Shown: one piece after another, positions 9,645-20,393 of the stretch | How the letters are laid out: the number at the start of each line of letters is the position of its first letter | Numbering within the stretch: position 1 is the first letter of the stretch | Origin: Balneolaceae bacterium | Lineage (GTDB): Bacteria > Bacteroidota > Rhodothermia > Balneolales > Balneolaceae | Direction: 5' to 3' | Length of the DNA stretch: 64,000 nucleotides | Assembly (NCBI GenBank): GCA_040877875.1 | Contig: JBBDNC010000115.1 | Location: 14,103-78,102, forward strand | Made by a program: the position numbers and the translations under genes | Notes under the pieces: generated by a model | The model's input: only the letters and a program-made list of their open reading frames with translations | What the model was told of the DNA's origin: nothing | Databases searched by the model: none

Positions 9645-11087
9645 ATGAGTGAAACGAAGGCATTAGAATCGATGATTGGTGAAGAGTATAAGTACGGCTT
9701 CACTACCGATGTCGAATACGAAGATTTTCCAAAGGGATTGAATGAAGATATTATTCGAGAACTTTCCACCCGCAAAAAGGAACCGGAGTGGATGCTCGAA
9801 TACAGGCTCAAGGCGTATCGATATTGGAGGGAAATGGAGGAGCCCAGCTGGTTCAACGCAACCTACGAGAAGCCGGATTTTGAAAACATCCAGTACTATT
9901 CTTCTCCGAAAGAGCGTCCGGAAGTAGAGAGCCTGGATGACATCGATCCGAAGATTCGTGAAACTTACGAAAAATTGGGAATTCCCCTGGAAGAACAAAA
10001 AATGTTGTCAGGGGTAGCTGTGGATGCGGTGTTTGACAGTGTTTCCATATTTACCACTTTTAAGGAAAAGCTTGCCGAGGCAGGAGTGATTTTCTGCTCG
10101 ATTTCAGAAGCGGTAAAAAAATACCCTGACCTGGTGAAAAAATATATGGGTTCTGTCGTACCGGCGAGAGATAATTTTTATGCGGCTCTCAATTCTGCGG
10201 TTTTTTCTGACGGATCCTTTTGTTACGTCCCAAAAGATACGATCTGTCCCATGGAGCTGTCTACCTATTTCCGGATTAATAACATGGACTCCGGTCAGTT
10301 TGAACGTACATTGATTATTGCCGAAGAGAATAGCCATGTCAGTTATCTGGAAGGATGTACAGCCCCGATGTATGACAAAAACCAATTGCACGCTGCAGTT
10401 GTCGAACTCGTTGCTATGGAGAATGCAGAGATTAAATACTCCACGATTCAGAACTGGTATTCCGGGGATGAAGACGGAATAGGGGGGATCTTTAACTTTG
10501 TAACCAAACGCGGAATTTGTAAAGGGGATAACTCAAAAATATCCTGGACCCAGCTTGAAACCGGCTCTGCCGTAACTCTGAAATATCCAAGTGTGATTTT
10601 GCAGGGCGACAACTCCGTCGGGGAATTCTATTCCGTAGCTGTAACCAGCAAACGTCAGCAGGCCGATACCGGAACCAAGATGATTCATCTTGGTAAGAAC
10701 ACCAAGAGTACGATCATCTCAAAAGGAATATCGGCCGGAAATTCCAACAACAGTTACCGGGGACAAGTCAAAATCAGCAAGAAGGCGGATAATGCCCGGA
10801 ATTATTCTCAATGTGATTCAATGTTGATCGGCCAGACGTGTGGAGCCCATACGTTCCCCTATATCGAATCCGCCAACCCGACCAGCCAGGTGGAGCATGA
10901 AGCAACGACCTCACGGGTTGGGGAAGACCAAATATTTTATATGATGCAGCGCGGACTCAGCGAAGATGATGCCATTTCAATGATTGTGAATGGCTTTTGC
11001 AAAGAAGTGCTGAAAGAACTCCCCATGGAATTTGCAGTAGAAGCCAATAAATTGCTTGGCATTAAACTGGAAGGAAGTGTTGGATAG
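9645..11087 (+). CDS. sufB: Fe-S cluster assembly protein SufB
   Basis: Strong SufB-like sequence ([50 protein letters not shown]). I prefer the ATG at 9645 (MSETKALE) to the upstream in-frame start at 9588. Confidence 0.92.
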   Translation: MSETKALESMIGEEYKYGFTTDVEYEDFPKGLNEDIIRELSTRKKEPEWMLEYRLKAYRYWREMEEPSWFNATYEKPDFENIQYYSSPKERPEVESLDDIDPKIRETYEKLGIPLEEQKMLSGVAVDAVFDSVSIFTTFKEKLAEAGVIFCSISEAVKKYPDLVKKYMGSVVPARDNFYAALNSAVFSDGSFCYVPKDTICPMELSTYFRINNMDSGQFERTLIIAEENSHVSYLEGCTAPMYDKNQLHAAVVELVAMENAEIKYSTIQNWYSGDEDGIGGIFNFVTKRGICKGDNSKISWTQLETGSAVTLKYPSVILQGDNSVGEFYSVAVTSKRQQADTGTKMIHLGKNTKSTIISKGISAGNSNNSYRGQVKISKKADNARNYSQCDSMLIGQTCGAHTFPYIESANPTSQVEHEATTSRVGEDQIFYMMQRGLSEDDAISMIVNGFCKEVLKELPMEFAVEANKLLGIKLEGSVG

Positions 11088-11185
11088 GGGATAGTAGCTA
11101 TCATAGGAAATCATTGTGTACCTGCAGCTCTATAGTATCTGCAAATTAATAAACTGTAACCGGTAATTTAAAACGCAAAACCATA

Positions 11186-11959
11186 GTGTTAGAAATAAGA
11201 AATTTACATGTAAAAGTTGAAGAAGAGGACACTGAAATCCTCAAGGGTGTGAATCTGACGGTTAAACCCGGTGAAATACATGCGATCATGGGACCCAACG
11301 GGAGTGGTAAAAGCACTCTTGTAAAGATCATTGCCGGCCATCATGATTATGAATTGACAGAGGGTTCCATGCATTTTGAAGGAGAGGACATCCATGAACT
11401 CGATCCGGACGAACGTGCACACCGGGGTATATTTCTTGCATTTCAATATCCCGTTGAAGTCCCCGGAGTTACCAACAATACCCTGTTACGTGAATCCTAC
11501 AACACCATTGCCGCCTCACGGGGACGGGAGGAACTTGACCCGCTGGAGTTTGAGGATTATATCACCGAAAAACTCGAGTTGGTAGAGATGAAAAGAGAAT
11601 TTCTGAACCGCTCGGTCAACATGGGTTTCTCCGGCGGAGAAAAGAAGCGAAATGAGATCTTTCAGATGGCAGTACTCGAACCCAAACTGGCGCTGTTGGA
11701 CGAGACCGACTCCGGACTCGATATTGATGCATTACAAACTGTTGCAGAGGGACTTAAAAAACTCCACACGAAAGATAACGCTTTCGTACTGGTGACTCAT
11801 TACCAGCGAATGTTGAATTACATTCAACCCGACCAGGTTCATGTGATGATCGACGGAAAAATTGTAAAATCCGGAGATAAGGAACTCGCCTTCAAACTTG
11901 AGGAAAAAGGCTACGACTGGTTAGAATCACTGGCAACCGTAAATGGAGAAAAGTCGTAA
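11186..11959 (+). CDS. sufC: Fe-S cluster assembly ATPase SufC
   Basis: Walker [10 protein letters not shown], signature FSGGEKKR, Walker [16 protein letters not shown] start. Confidence 0.95.
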   Translation: MLEIRNLHVKVEEEDTEILKGVNLTVKPGEIHAIMGPNGSGKSTLVKIIAGHHDYELTEGSMHFEGEDIHELDPDERAHRGIFLAFQYPVEVPGVTNNTLLRESYNTIAASRGREELDPLEFEDYITEKLELVEMKREFLNRSVNMGFSGGEKKRNEIFQMAVLEPKLALLDETDSGLDIDALQTVAEGLKKLHTKDNAFVLVTHYQRMLNYIQPDQVHVMIDGKIVKSGDKELAFKLEEKGYDWLESLATVNGEKS

Positions 11960-13287
11960 TGGGAGTACCAACAAAAACAGATTCCATCCTGCATAAGCTG
12001 GCTGCTCAGGCTCATAGTGAAAATGGCAGGCATGCCTTGTTGGATCAAATCAGGCGATCCAGCCTTGAAGATTTGAGCCAAACACGGTTTCCGACATCAA
12101 AAGATGAGGATTGGCGATTTTTAAACCTGAAACCGATTACCCGCTCTTCATTTGTACCCATTGGAGAAGCCGGTATTAATTCGATTGAAAACCCGGAACA
12201 GTATTTTATTCCGGAATCAGAGGCGAACCGGTTGGTATTTATTAACGGTACCTATAACGAGGAGCTCTCTTCCGTATCCGGACTACCAGAGGGGGTGGTG
12301 GTAGGAAATCTAAAGGAGCATCTGGAACATCCCTCAGTGGATAAATTTTTGAATAAACTTGTCAACTACGAAAACGATCCGTTTACTCATTTTAACGGCA
12401 CGTTTTTTGAAGACGGAGGGTTTATCTATATCCCGGAGGGGGTTGAAATTGAGAATCCTGTTCAACTTTTAAATCTCTATACGGATGCTGAGGAAGAGTA
12501 TTTTGCCACACCCCGGGTCTTGCTAGTGGCTGAATCCGGCTCGAGTGCCACAATTATCGAGGATCATATCGGTGTTGGAGAAAATAAATATTTGACCGTG
12601 CCAGTCTCTGAATTCAAACTTTATTCCGGGGCACATATTCATCATGTTCGTATTCAACGGGACTCACTGAAAGCCGTTCACATATCCAGACCGATTGCCT
12701 ATTTGGAAAAACATTGTGAATATCATTCGTATACGATTTCTATTGGAGGTCATCTGACTAGAAATGAACCGAGAGTGGTTCAGGAAGACGAAGAGGTCAG
12801 TTTTACTCTCGACGGCCTGGTATTGATCGATGGTGAACAGATTGCCGATACACATTCTCTTATGGATCACCGTTTTTCGCATGGTGAAAGCCATCAGTTG
12901 CATAAAGTAGTAGTAAAAGGTAAGGCTCATTCAATATTTAACGGAAAAATCTTTGTACGCAAGGATGCGCAAAAGATTGATTCCTTTCAGGAAAACAGAA
13001 ACTTGCTGCTTTCAATTGACGGACTCGTGAATACCAAACCCCAGCTTGAAATTTTTGCTGATGATGTTCTCTGCTCACATGGAGCGACTATCGGTCAGCT
13101 CGATCCTGAAGAGGTTTTCTATCTCGAAAGCCGGGGAATGACAAAAGAAAAAGCACGGGAAGTACTGACCTATGCATTTGCACTTGAGACGATTGAAAAT
13201 GTGAAAGTCGATTCCGTGCATGAACTGCTCATTGACGAAGTTAAGCGTTATACGTCCGACCATAAATCCGAACGACTTACAGTATAG
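11959..13287 (+). CDS. sufD: Fe-S cluster assembly protein SufD
   Basis: 442 aa. Follows sufC with a 1-nt overlap. The C-terminal beta-helix region resembles SufB/D (NRNLLLS, KPQLEIFADDVLCSHGATIGQLD). Confidence 0.88.
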   Translation: MGVPTKTDSILHKLAAQAHSENGRHALLDQIRRSSLEDLSQTRFPTSKDEDWRFLNLKPITRSSFVPIGEAGINSIENPEQYFIPESEANRLVFINGTYNEELSSVSGLPEGVVVGNLKEHLEHPSVDKFLNKLVNYENDPFTHFNGTFFEDGGFIYIPEGVEIENPVQLLNLYTDAEEEYFATPRVLLVAESGSSATIIEDHIGVGENKYLTVPVSEFKLYSGAHIHHVRIQRDSLKAVHISRPIAYLEKHCEYHSYTISIGGHLTRNEPRVVQEDEEVSFTLDGLVLIDGEQIADTHSLMDHRFSHGESHQLHKVVVKGKAHSIFNGKIFVRKDAQKIDSFQENRNLLLSIDGLVNTKPQLEIFADDVLCSHGATIGQLDPEEVFYLESRGMTKEKAREVLTYAFALETIENVKVDSVHELLIDEVKRYTSDHKSERLTV

Positions 13288-13292
13288 TATAT

Positions 13293-14540
13293 ATGGCACA
13301 ACCCACAGGTACATTGGCTCTTTCAGTGGATTTTAACAAAATCCGCTCGGACTTTCCGGTACTCGATACCCAAGTTCATGGGAAGCCTTTATCCTATCTG
13401 GATAATGCTGCCTCGAGCCAGATGCCGTTACAAGTGGCAGATCGTCTGAACCGCTACCATCGGCACGAGCACGCCAATGTGCATCGTGGTATCCACTCAT
13501 TGAGCCAAAAGGCTACGGATGCGTACGAGGAAACCCGTGAAAAGGTGAAGGGGTTCATAAATGCTTCTGAAAAAAACGAGATTATCTTTACAACCGGTAC
13601 GACTGATTCTATTAATCTGGTAGCCAACAGTTTCGGCAAGCTTCATCTGGGAGAAGGAGACAGGATTATTCTATCTGAAATGGAACATCATGCCAATATT
13701 GTCCCCTGGCAAATGATCGCCGGGCAAACCGGGGCCGAGATCAAGGTCATCCCGGTCAGTGACCGTGGTGAACTGCTCCTCGAAGCGTACGAAGAATTGT
13801 TGAATAAAAGGACTAAAATTGTTGCAGTCGGACATGTTTCCAATGTTTTGGGTACGGTAAACCCGGTGCGGGAGATTATCGACTTTGCACATCAATATGA
13901 TGCGGCCGTTTTGATCGATGGTGCCCAGGCTGTTCCTCACCAATCTGTCGATGTGCAGGAACTGGATTGTGACTTTTATGCTTTTTCCTCTCATAAAATG
14001 TGTGGCCCTACCGGATTTGGTATTCTTTATGGCAAGAAAGAATACCTTGAGGAGATGCCGCCATACAGGGGTGGAGGAGATATGATCGACAAGGTCACAT
14101 TTGAAGAGACCACCTATAATATTCCTCCGTTTAAATTTGAGGCGGGCACTCCGCCGATCGCTGCAGGGATTGGCCTGGGGACCGCAATAGATTATTTGTC
14201 GGGAATCGGGATGGATAAAATTGCAAAACGGGAGGAAGAACTCGTTCAATATGCACTGGTTCGGTTGGAACAGATTGACGGACTTCGCTTATTTGGAACC
14301 CCTGAACACCGGGCATCGGTCATTTCGTTTAATTTGCATGAGATCCATGCTCATGACGTCGGAACCATTCTTGACAAACAGGGAATCGCAATACGAACCG
14401 GTCATCACTGTGCACAGCCCATTCATGCCCGTTTTAATGAATCCGCAACGGCAAGGGCATCCCTGTCGTTTTATAATAACGAAGAAGATATCGATCGTTT
14501 GATTGACGGATTAAAATACGTGAAAGAATTTTTTAATTGA
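13293..14540 (+). CDS. sufS: Cysteine desulfurase, SufS type
   Basis: PLP-lysine motif SSHKMCGPTG and catalytic-Cys loop RTGHHCAQP, in suf context. Confidence 0.92.
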   Translation: MAQPTGTLALSVDFNKIRSDFPVLDTQVHGKPLSYLDNAASSQMPLQVADRLNRYHRHEHANVHRGIHSLSQKATDAYEETREKVKGFINASEKNEIIFTTGTTDSINLVANSFGKLHLGEGDRIILSEMEHHANIVPWQMIAGQTGAEIKVIPVSDRGELLLEAYEELLNKRTKIVAVGHVSNVLGTVNPVREIIDFAHQYDAAVLIDGAQAVPHQSVDVQELDCDFYAFSSHKMCGPTGFGILYGKKEYLEEMPPYRGGGDMIDKVTFEETTYNIPPFKFEAGTPPIAAGIGLGTAIDYLSGIGMDKIAKREEELVQYALVRLEQIDGLRLFGTPEHRASVISFNLHEIHAHDVGTILDKQGIAIRTGHHCAQPIHARFNESATARASLSFYNNEEDIDRLIDGLKYVKEFFN

Positions 14541-14707
14541 AAATAAATCACTGCATTCTATTGCTGGTTTTATATCAGCCATCCATTATTTGATAAAAAT
14601 AACAGGCGTAGGTTTTCGTAATAAATTTGAATACAGACACTCATAAGTAATAAATAATCAATCTTCACGTACGTTAACGCAAGTATGTAAATAAGAGGTG
14701 AATAGAC

Positions 14708-15259
14708 ATGCCAAAGATTAAAGAAATAGAACGAACACCCAATCCGGACGCAATGCGATTTGTACTGGGTGAGCCGCTTACTAACGGGGTGACCCTTTCC
14801 TTTGAATCTGCAACTGAAGCAGAAGATGATGAGCTCGCAAGTGCCCTTTTTTCGATTGATCATGTGATCAATGTCTATTATGTGGACAGGTATGTTACGG
14901 TAACACAAGACGGCAAGGCTGTATGGTCGGAGTTATTACGCAAACTTGCTCCTCCGATACGGGAAGCTGAAGCCAAGACAGATATCAAAGAAGATGAAGA
15001 GGTCCATGCTACGCGTGAAGTACAGGAATCAGACGATCCCCGCTTGCAGACGATCAATAAAATGCTTGACGAACAGGTTCGCCCTTATCTGTTAGCCGAT
15101 GGTGGGGGATTGAAAATTCTCGGATTGGAGGGAAACCGGCTTAAGGTCCATTATCAGGGAGCTTGCGGAACATGCCCGACTGCAACATCGGGAACCCTTT
15201 ATGCTATTGAAAGTATGGTAAAACGAATTGATCCTGAAATACAGGTCGTCTCGGTATAA
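14708..15259 (+). CDS. Nfu/NifU-type Fe-S scaffold or carrier (Nfu_N plus NifU C-terminal domain)
   Basis: N-terminal TPNPDAMRF and C-terminal LADGGGLKILG...GACGTCP (CxxC). Preceded by a good SD (AAGAGGTGA). Confidence 0.8.
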   Translation: MPKIKEIERTPNPDAMRFVLGEPLTNGVTLSFESATEAEDDELASALFSIDHVINVYYVDRYVTVTQDGKAVWSELLRKLAPPIREAEAKTDIKEDEEVHATREVQESDDPRLQTINKMLDEQVRPYLLADGGGLKILGLEGNRLKVHYQGACGTCPTATSGTLYAIESMVKRIDPEIQVVSV

Positions 15260-15284
15260 ATAGATCATCCAAGGAGATTCAATC

Positions 15285-15629
15285 GTGTCTCAACCCGACA
15301 TCACAATCAGCGACAGAGCAGCAAACCGGATTAAACAAATCAGGAAAGAACAGGAGCTTTCCGATGATACACTCATTCGTGTGTCAGTGATCAGCGGTGG
15401 CTGTTCGGGACTCACATACGACCTTGACTTTGACAGCCAAACAGAAATCGGAGAAAATGACGAGAAGTTTGAGGATAAAGGAATTAATGTCATCGTAGAT
15501 ATGCGCAGTTTCCTCTATCTGGCCGGCACAGAACTTGACTTCACAGACGGGTTGAATGGCCAGGGATTTCATTTCCATAACCCCAATGCTGTCAGAACCT
15601 GTTCCTGTGGCGAATCGTTTTCTCTGTGA
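15285..15629 (+). CDS. A-type Fe-S carrier (IscA/SufA/ErpA, HesB family)
   Basis: GGCSG ... CSCGESF cysteine pattern, 114 aa, GTG start. Confidence 0.88.
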   Translation: MSQPDITISDRAANRIKQIRKEQELSDDTLIRVSVISGGCSGLTYDLDFDSQTEIGENDEKFEDKGINVIVDMRSFLYLAGTELDFTDGLNGQGFHFHNPNAVRTCSCGESFSL

Positions 15630-15662
15630 TTTTAAAAATCTTATCCAATATTCCATTGATAT

Positions 15663-16187
15663 ATGACTGAGATTGTTAACAAAGTAAAACAATCCAAACT
15701 TGAGACGGTTGACCTTGAAAAATTTTTGGAAGGGGAAACCGTAAGGGAACTCGATCTCAAGCAGTTCCTCTTCCAGGAGATGATCCTCAAGGAGAAAGAT
15801 TTCAGGGAAAATATTGAGAAGCATGACTGGAGCCGTTATGACAATACCTGGGCCGCCTTATACTGTTCAACGGATGCCATTATTCCCTCCTGGGCCTGGA
15901 TGCTGATTACCGCCTACCTGCTTCCACATGCTAAAGAAATTGTCTATGGAACCGAATCGGATGCCCGACAGGCGCTGCTAATAAATAAAGTGGAAGATTT
16001 CGATTGGGAGAAGTATCGTGATAAATTCGTTCTACTCAAAGGCTGCAGTAAAGCAAAAGTGCCAGCCGGAGCTTATCTTGAAGCGACGAAAAAGCTGATT
16101 CCTGTCGCCGGAAAACTTATGTACGGAGAAGCCTGTTCGAATATTCCCATTTACAGAAAATCCAGAAACGGAAGTTCGAACACTTGA
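15663..16187 (+). CDS. Conserved hypothetical, probably DUF2480 family (suf-associated in Bacteroidota)
   Basis: 174 aa, 33 nt downstream of the A-type carrier. The family name is from memory of suf-adjacent genes in Bacteroidota and is not verified. Confidence 0.4.
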   Translation: MTEIVNKVKQSKLETVDLEKFLEGETVRELDLKQFLFQEMILKEKDFRENIEKHDWSRYDNTWAALYCSTDAIIPSWAWMLITAYLLPHAKEIVYGTESDARQALLINKVEDFDWEKYRDKFVLLKGCSKAKVPAGAYLEATKKLIPVAGKLMYGEACSNIPIYRKSRNGSSNT

Positions 16188-16296
16188 AATGTAAATATTT
16201 TCATGCATCTGCTTGAAAACAAGGGAATTCTGATTTTGTTTCTCTGTTTATATAGATAGATGGAAGATCCGTTTCCACTCAAATACCCGACACTGC

Positions 16297-17316
16297 ATGA
16301 CTATAAAGCAGAGGAAAAAAGACCATGTTGAACTCACGACATCCAGGGATGTTGCCTACCATAAATCAGCCGGTTTTGAACGATATGATTTCGTTCATAA
16401 TGCTCTTCCGGAGTTAAATATCGATGAGGTGAGCTTAACGGCTTCCCTGCTCGGAAAAAGTTTTTCATTTCCCCTGTTTATCTCCTCTATGACCGGTGGG
16501 TATACTGAAGCAGGTTCTATCAATGGCCTGATTGCAGAATTTTGCGAAAAACATCATCTTCCGTTCGGAGTGGGAAGTCAGAGAATTATGCTTGAAAATC
16601 CCGAAGAGAGGGAATCGTTCTCTGTCGTCCGAAAAAAAGCTCCCAATACATTTATAGCCGCTAATATCGGAGGGAGTCAACTAATTGGCGGACTTGGTCA
16701 GGAGCAGATCGAGAACCTTGTGGAAACCATTCGGGCAGATGCGATCATTGTCCACCTGAACGCATTACAAGAGTTGATTCAACCAGAAGGAGATCACAAT
16801 TTTTCGGGTATCGAGGAGGGAATTGCCCAACTGATTACCCATACTCATCTTCCGGTGATTGTTAAAGAAACAGGTGCAGGCATTTCAGGAGACGTTGCCC
16901 GCAGGCTTCTTGCAATAGGTGTACGTGTGATTGATGTAGCTGGGGCCGGGGGAACGAGCTGGTCGAGGGTGGAACGACTCCGAAACGAGTCCCCCATGGA
17001 AGAAGAAACTTTTGACGAATGGGGAATTCCTACCGTTCAATGTCTTGAAGAAATCGATGATTTAAGAGAAACCTTCCGTTTCGATCTGATTTCCTCAGGA
17101 GGGATACGTACCTCTCATGATATGATGAAATCCATTGCGCTGGGAGCTGATTTTACAGCTACTGCCCAGCCCGTGATTCAAGCATTGTCAAAAGGCGGGT
17201 TGGAAAGGCTGGAAGAACTGTTTGAACGATGGAAGGATGAAGCCAGGATTATTTTAACTCTGTTAGGGTGCCGTTCCGTCAAACAATTGCGCCCGGTTCA
17301 CTTGAGAAAAGTTTAA
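16297..17316 (+). CDS. fni: Type 2 isopentenyl-diphosphate delta-isomerase (FMN-dependent)
   Basis: N-terminal RKKDHV, SSMTGG, VKETGAGIS, AGAGGTSW. Confidence 0.88.
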   Translation: MTIKQRKKDHVELTTSRDVAYHKSAGFERYDFVHNALPELNIDEVSLTASLLGKSFSFPLFISSMTGGYTEAGSINGLIAEFCEKHHLPFGVGSQRIMLENPEERESFSVVRKKAPNTFIAANIGGSQLIGGLGQEQIENLVETIRADAIIVHLNALQELIQPEGDHNFSGIEEGIAQLITHTHLPVIVKETGAGISGDVARRLLAIGVRVIDVAGAGGTSWSRVERLRNESPMEEETFDEWGIPTVQCLEEIDDLRETFRFDLISSGGIRTSHDMMKSIALGADFTATAQPVIQALSKGGLERLEELFERWKDEARIILTLLGCRSVKQLRPVHLRKV

Positions 17317-17357
17317 AAATATTCGCTTTTCGAATTTGTATATTCAAGTTTATCCAT

Positions 17358-17390
17358 GGGAGGGAAGGAACCTTCCTCCCTGATTTTATT
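17358..17390 (+). terminator. Rho-independent terminator after fni
   Basis: GGGAGGGAAGG-aa-CCTTCCTCCC (about 10 bp with one bulge) followed by TGATTTTATT. Confidence 0.6.
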
Positions 17391-17432
17391 GAAATTCATT
17401 TCATTTTATAAGAATTCATATAAAAGATCTTT

Positions 17433-18419
17433 TTGAATACTATTGAAAAATATGCAGACCGTATTGAAGACGGTTTGCAGAGCATTCCTTTTAAAAAAGA
17501 ACCGGCGAGTCTATACGATCCCTGCAGATATGTGTTGAAAAACGGGGGAAAGCGAATCCGTCCGATTCTTACCTTGCTGGGAGCTGGAATTTGTGGAGGC
17601 AATATCGAACACTCGATCCCTGCGGCCTTATCGGTTGAATTGGTACATAATTTTACACTTGTCCATGACGACATTATGGATCAGGCAGATTCAAGAAGGG
17701 GGAAGCCGAGTATTCATAAAAAATGGAACGAGGCAACGGCGATCCTGGCCGGCGACGAACTATTCGTGCAGGCATGCAGTCTTCTCTCAGGCTATCTTTC
17801 GGATCCCTCAGTTTCAGAGCCCCGATTCAAAAAACTATACGATACATTTTTAAATTCAATTCATACGATTTGCGAGGGACAGGCACTGGATATGGATTTC
17901 GAACAGAGAGAGAATGTCAGAACGCAGGAGTATCTGGATATGATCAGGGGCAAAACAGCTACCCTTATCGCGGCATCTCTGTGTATGGGAGGGATCACTG
18001 CAGGTGCAGATGAAAATCAGATCGATCTTCTTGAAAATATGGGCCTCTCGGCGGGAATGGCATTCCAAATTCAGGATGATATGCTGGACGTAATGGCGGA
18101 TCCTGAAAAGTTTGGCAAATGCAGAGGAGGAGATATCCGGAAGGGAAAGAAAACATTTCTGACATTACATGCGTTGGAACAGAGCAATAAATCTGAAAAA
18201 CATAAGCTTCAGCAGATTTTGGATAGCCAAGCTGTCTCGGAAAACGATATCGATCAGGTAATTGATCTGTATAAAAAATACGGGGTATTGGAGACGGCCC
18301 ACGAAAAAGTGAACTCATATTACCAAACTGCAATGAATTCACTTAATAAATTTGGTGATTCGACTTATAAACAGGATCTTTTCAAATTATTAAATTTTCT
18401 AAAAGACCGTGAGTATTAA
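17433..18419 (+). CDS. Polyprenyl diphosphate synthase (FPP/GGPP synthase family)
   Basis: First and second aspartate-rich motifs LVHDDIMD and FQIQDDMLD. TTG start. Confidence 0.88.
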   Translation: MNTIEKYADRIEDGLQSIPFKKEPASLYDPCRYVLKNGGKRIRPILTLLGAGICGGNIEHSIPAALSVELVHNFTLVHDDIMDQADSRRGKPSIHKKWNEATAILAGDELFVQACSLLSGYLSDPSVSEPRFKKLYDTFLNSIHTICEGQALDMDFEQRENVRTQEYLDMIRGKTATLIAASLCMGGITAGADENQIDLLENMGLSAGMAFQIQDDMLDVMADPEKFGKCRGGDIRKGKKTFLTLHALEQSNKSEKHKLQQILDSQAVSENDIDQVIDLYKKYGVLETAHEKVNSYYQTAMNSLNKFGDSTYKQDLFKLLNFLKDREY

Positions 18420-18423
18420 ATTG

Positions 18424-19248
18424 ATGCGAAAGCCAGCCCTTTTATTGATTGTCGTACTTGTTATTGCTTCATGCAGAAGCCAGGATCTTATTCAACCGGG
18501 TGACTCAATACAGGTTGCTTTTGATAAAGCATACAGTTTGTATGAGCAGGAACGGTGGAGTGATGCGGCCCGAGCCTTTGAAACGGTTGTTAATATTTCA
18601 AGAGGTACGGATTTCGGTAGGGATGCTCAATTTTATCTGGCTGAAAGTTATTTTAATAACCGTCAATATATCGTTGCAGCTTCTGAATATGAACGATTTG
18701 CGAATTTTTATCCGAATGCCGAGAGAAGAGAGGTAGCAGACTTTAAACGTGCGCTTTCCTATTACCGCTTGAGTCCCCGTTATAACCTCGATCAAAGCTA
18801 TACACACAGGGCGATAGAGAGATTCAGGCTGTTTATGGAACGATACCCGAATTCGGAGAGAGTGGAGGAAGTCGGTGAATATATTGAAGAACTTCGAAAC
18901 AAACTGGCACGTAAAAACTATAATGCTGCGGAATTTTATATGCGTACTGATCGCTATAATGCCGCTGCGGTTTATTTTGAAACCGTTATTGAGAACTATC
19001 CGGAATCTTACTGGGCGGAGCGTGCTCTGGCCAGACGGATTGAAGCCTACATACTATACGCGGACAACAGTGTATCGGCACGGCAGGCTGAACGTTATCA
19101 AATGGCTATTGAAAGTTACGAGAGATATTTACAGCTTTTTCCACGGGGTGAAAACAGGTCAAATGTCGAAGATCTTTATGATCGTGCCAGAACCGAACTT
19201 CAAGAGATTGAGGGGGATACCGACGAGGCCACTGCAAGAAGTAACTGA
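18424..19248 (+). CDS. bamD: Outer membrane protein assembly factor BamD (TPR lipoprotein)
   Basis: Lipobox LVIASC and TPR-like repeats matching the YfiO/BamD pattern. I prefer the ATG at 18424 to the GTG at 18409. Confidence 0.72.
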   Translation: MRKPALLLIVVLVIASCRSQDLIQPGDSIQVAFDKAYSLYEQERWSDAARAFETVVNISRGTDFGRDAQFYLAESYFNNRQYIVAASEYERFANFYPNAERREVADFKRALSYYRLSPRYNLDQSYTHRAIERFRLFMERYPNSERVEEVGEYIEELRNKLARKNYNAAEFYMRTDRYNAAAVYFETVIENYPESYWAERALARRIEAYILYADNSVSARQAERYQMAIESYERYLQLFPRGENRSNVEDLYDRARTELQEIEGDTDEATARSN

Positions 19249-19356
19249 CATACCGGATCCTATCAGGGGGGAGGGAAATAGTAATTTGCCACCGGATCAG
19301 TTCACTTACTTGTTGTGAATTTGAATTTTTTATGACAATAACTATACTCATATCAG

Positions 19357-19959
19357 ATGAAGAAACGTATCGGAGTATTGGGAGGCAGTTTCGATCCGGT
19401 TCATGACGGTCATGTTTCAATTGCCCGGTCATTTTTGAAATGCAATTTGATTCACCGCCTTTTGATTATACCTGCTTCCAGCCCTCCCCACAAACCTGGA
19501 GAATTGTCCGCTTCCTTTTCCCATCGTTTTGAAATGCTTAAGCTGGCATTTAAAAATGATGAAAAAGTAACCGTCAGTGAAATCGAAAATCGTTTACCGG
19601 ATCCTTCTTATACACTGCGAACGATCCACTCCTTGCAACAAACACATCCTGATACACTTTTCTATCTTTGTATGGGAGGGGATAGCCTTGCCGGGTTTGA
19701 CACCTGGTATGAATATCGGGAAATACTTAAAAGAGTTTTCCTGTTGGTTGCAGAACGACCGGATGAGGATCCTCTGCAGGTCAAGGAAGCCATTCGGGAG
19801 AAGGCGGTTTTTACAGAACATCAGCCTCTCAGGATTTCATCTTCGTCCATTCGAAAGAAACGAATGAAACACCCGGAGTTGCTGGAAACACAACGGGTGC
19901 CCGGTTCCGTAGCCAAATATATTTCTAAACATCACCTGTATCTCTCCCAAGATATTTAA
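19357..19959 (+). CDS. nadD: Nicotinate-nucleotide adenylyltransferase
   Basis: GGSFDPVHDGH nucleotidyltransferase motif and C-terminal ISSSSIR. Confidence 0.88.
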   Translation: MKKRIGVLGGSFDPVHDGHVSIARSFLKCNLIHRLLIIPASSPPHKPGELSASFSHRFEMLKLAFKNDEKVTVSEIENRLPDPSYTLRTIHSLQQTHPDTLFYLCMGGDSLAGFDTWYEYREILKRVFLLVAERPDEDPLQVKEAIREKAVFTEHQPLRISSSSIRKKRMKHPELLETQRVPGSVAKYISKHHLYLSQDI

Positions 19960-20080
19960 ATGAGTATGAACTGAAACACATTTTTATGTACACTTGGATT
20001 CGGTCTGGCAGGAGCGGCTTCAATATCGTCCTGTCCTGTAATTCAGATCCAATTCTCAGGTTTGTCATCTCAAAATTTTC

Positions 20081-20317
20081 TCAAAGCCGGTTCATCATTT
20101 TCTTTTGTTTGTACATGTCCAGAATCATCCAAAAAAATGGATAAAGGGGGATGAAAACGGCAGTTATTAATTTTATGATCTTTAAATTCTCCTCTTTCTC
20201 TTTTTGCAGCCAGATGCCCGCCAGGCCTGCCATCCAGAAAATGAAAAATATAAATATTCCGAATGCAAGAAGCAGCGCCCCTGCAAATCCAAAATTATTG
20301 TAGAAGGTTTGTAACAT
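20081..20317 (-). CDS. Small membrane protein (78 aa, about 3 hydrophobic segments), unknown function
   Basis: Fills the gap between nadD and der on the opposite strand. ATG start and strongly hydrophobic composition. No recognisable family. Confidence 0.4.
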   Translation of the reverse strand: MLQTFYNNFGFAGALLLAFGIFIFFIFWMAGLAGIWLQKEKEENLKIIKLITAVFIPLYPFFWMILDMYKQKKMMNRL

Positions 20318-20393
20318 GATTGAGTGCTAAAATCGTTAACTTGTCGATCTTCAACTTATTGATTTTTAATATAAGTATTTGCTTACAAAAACG

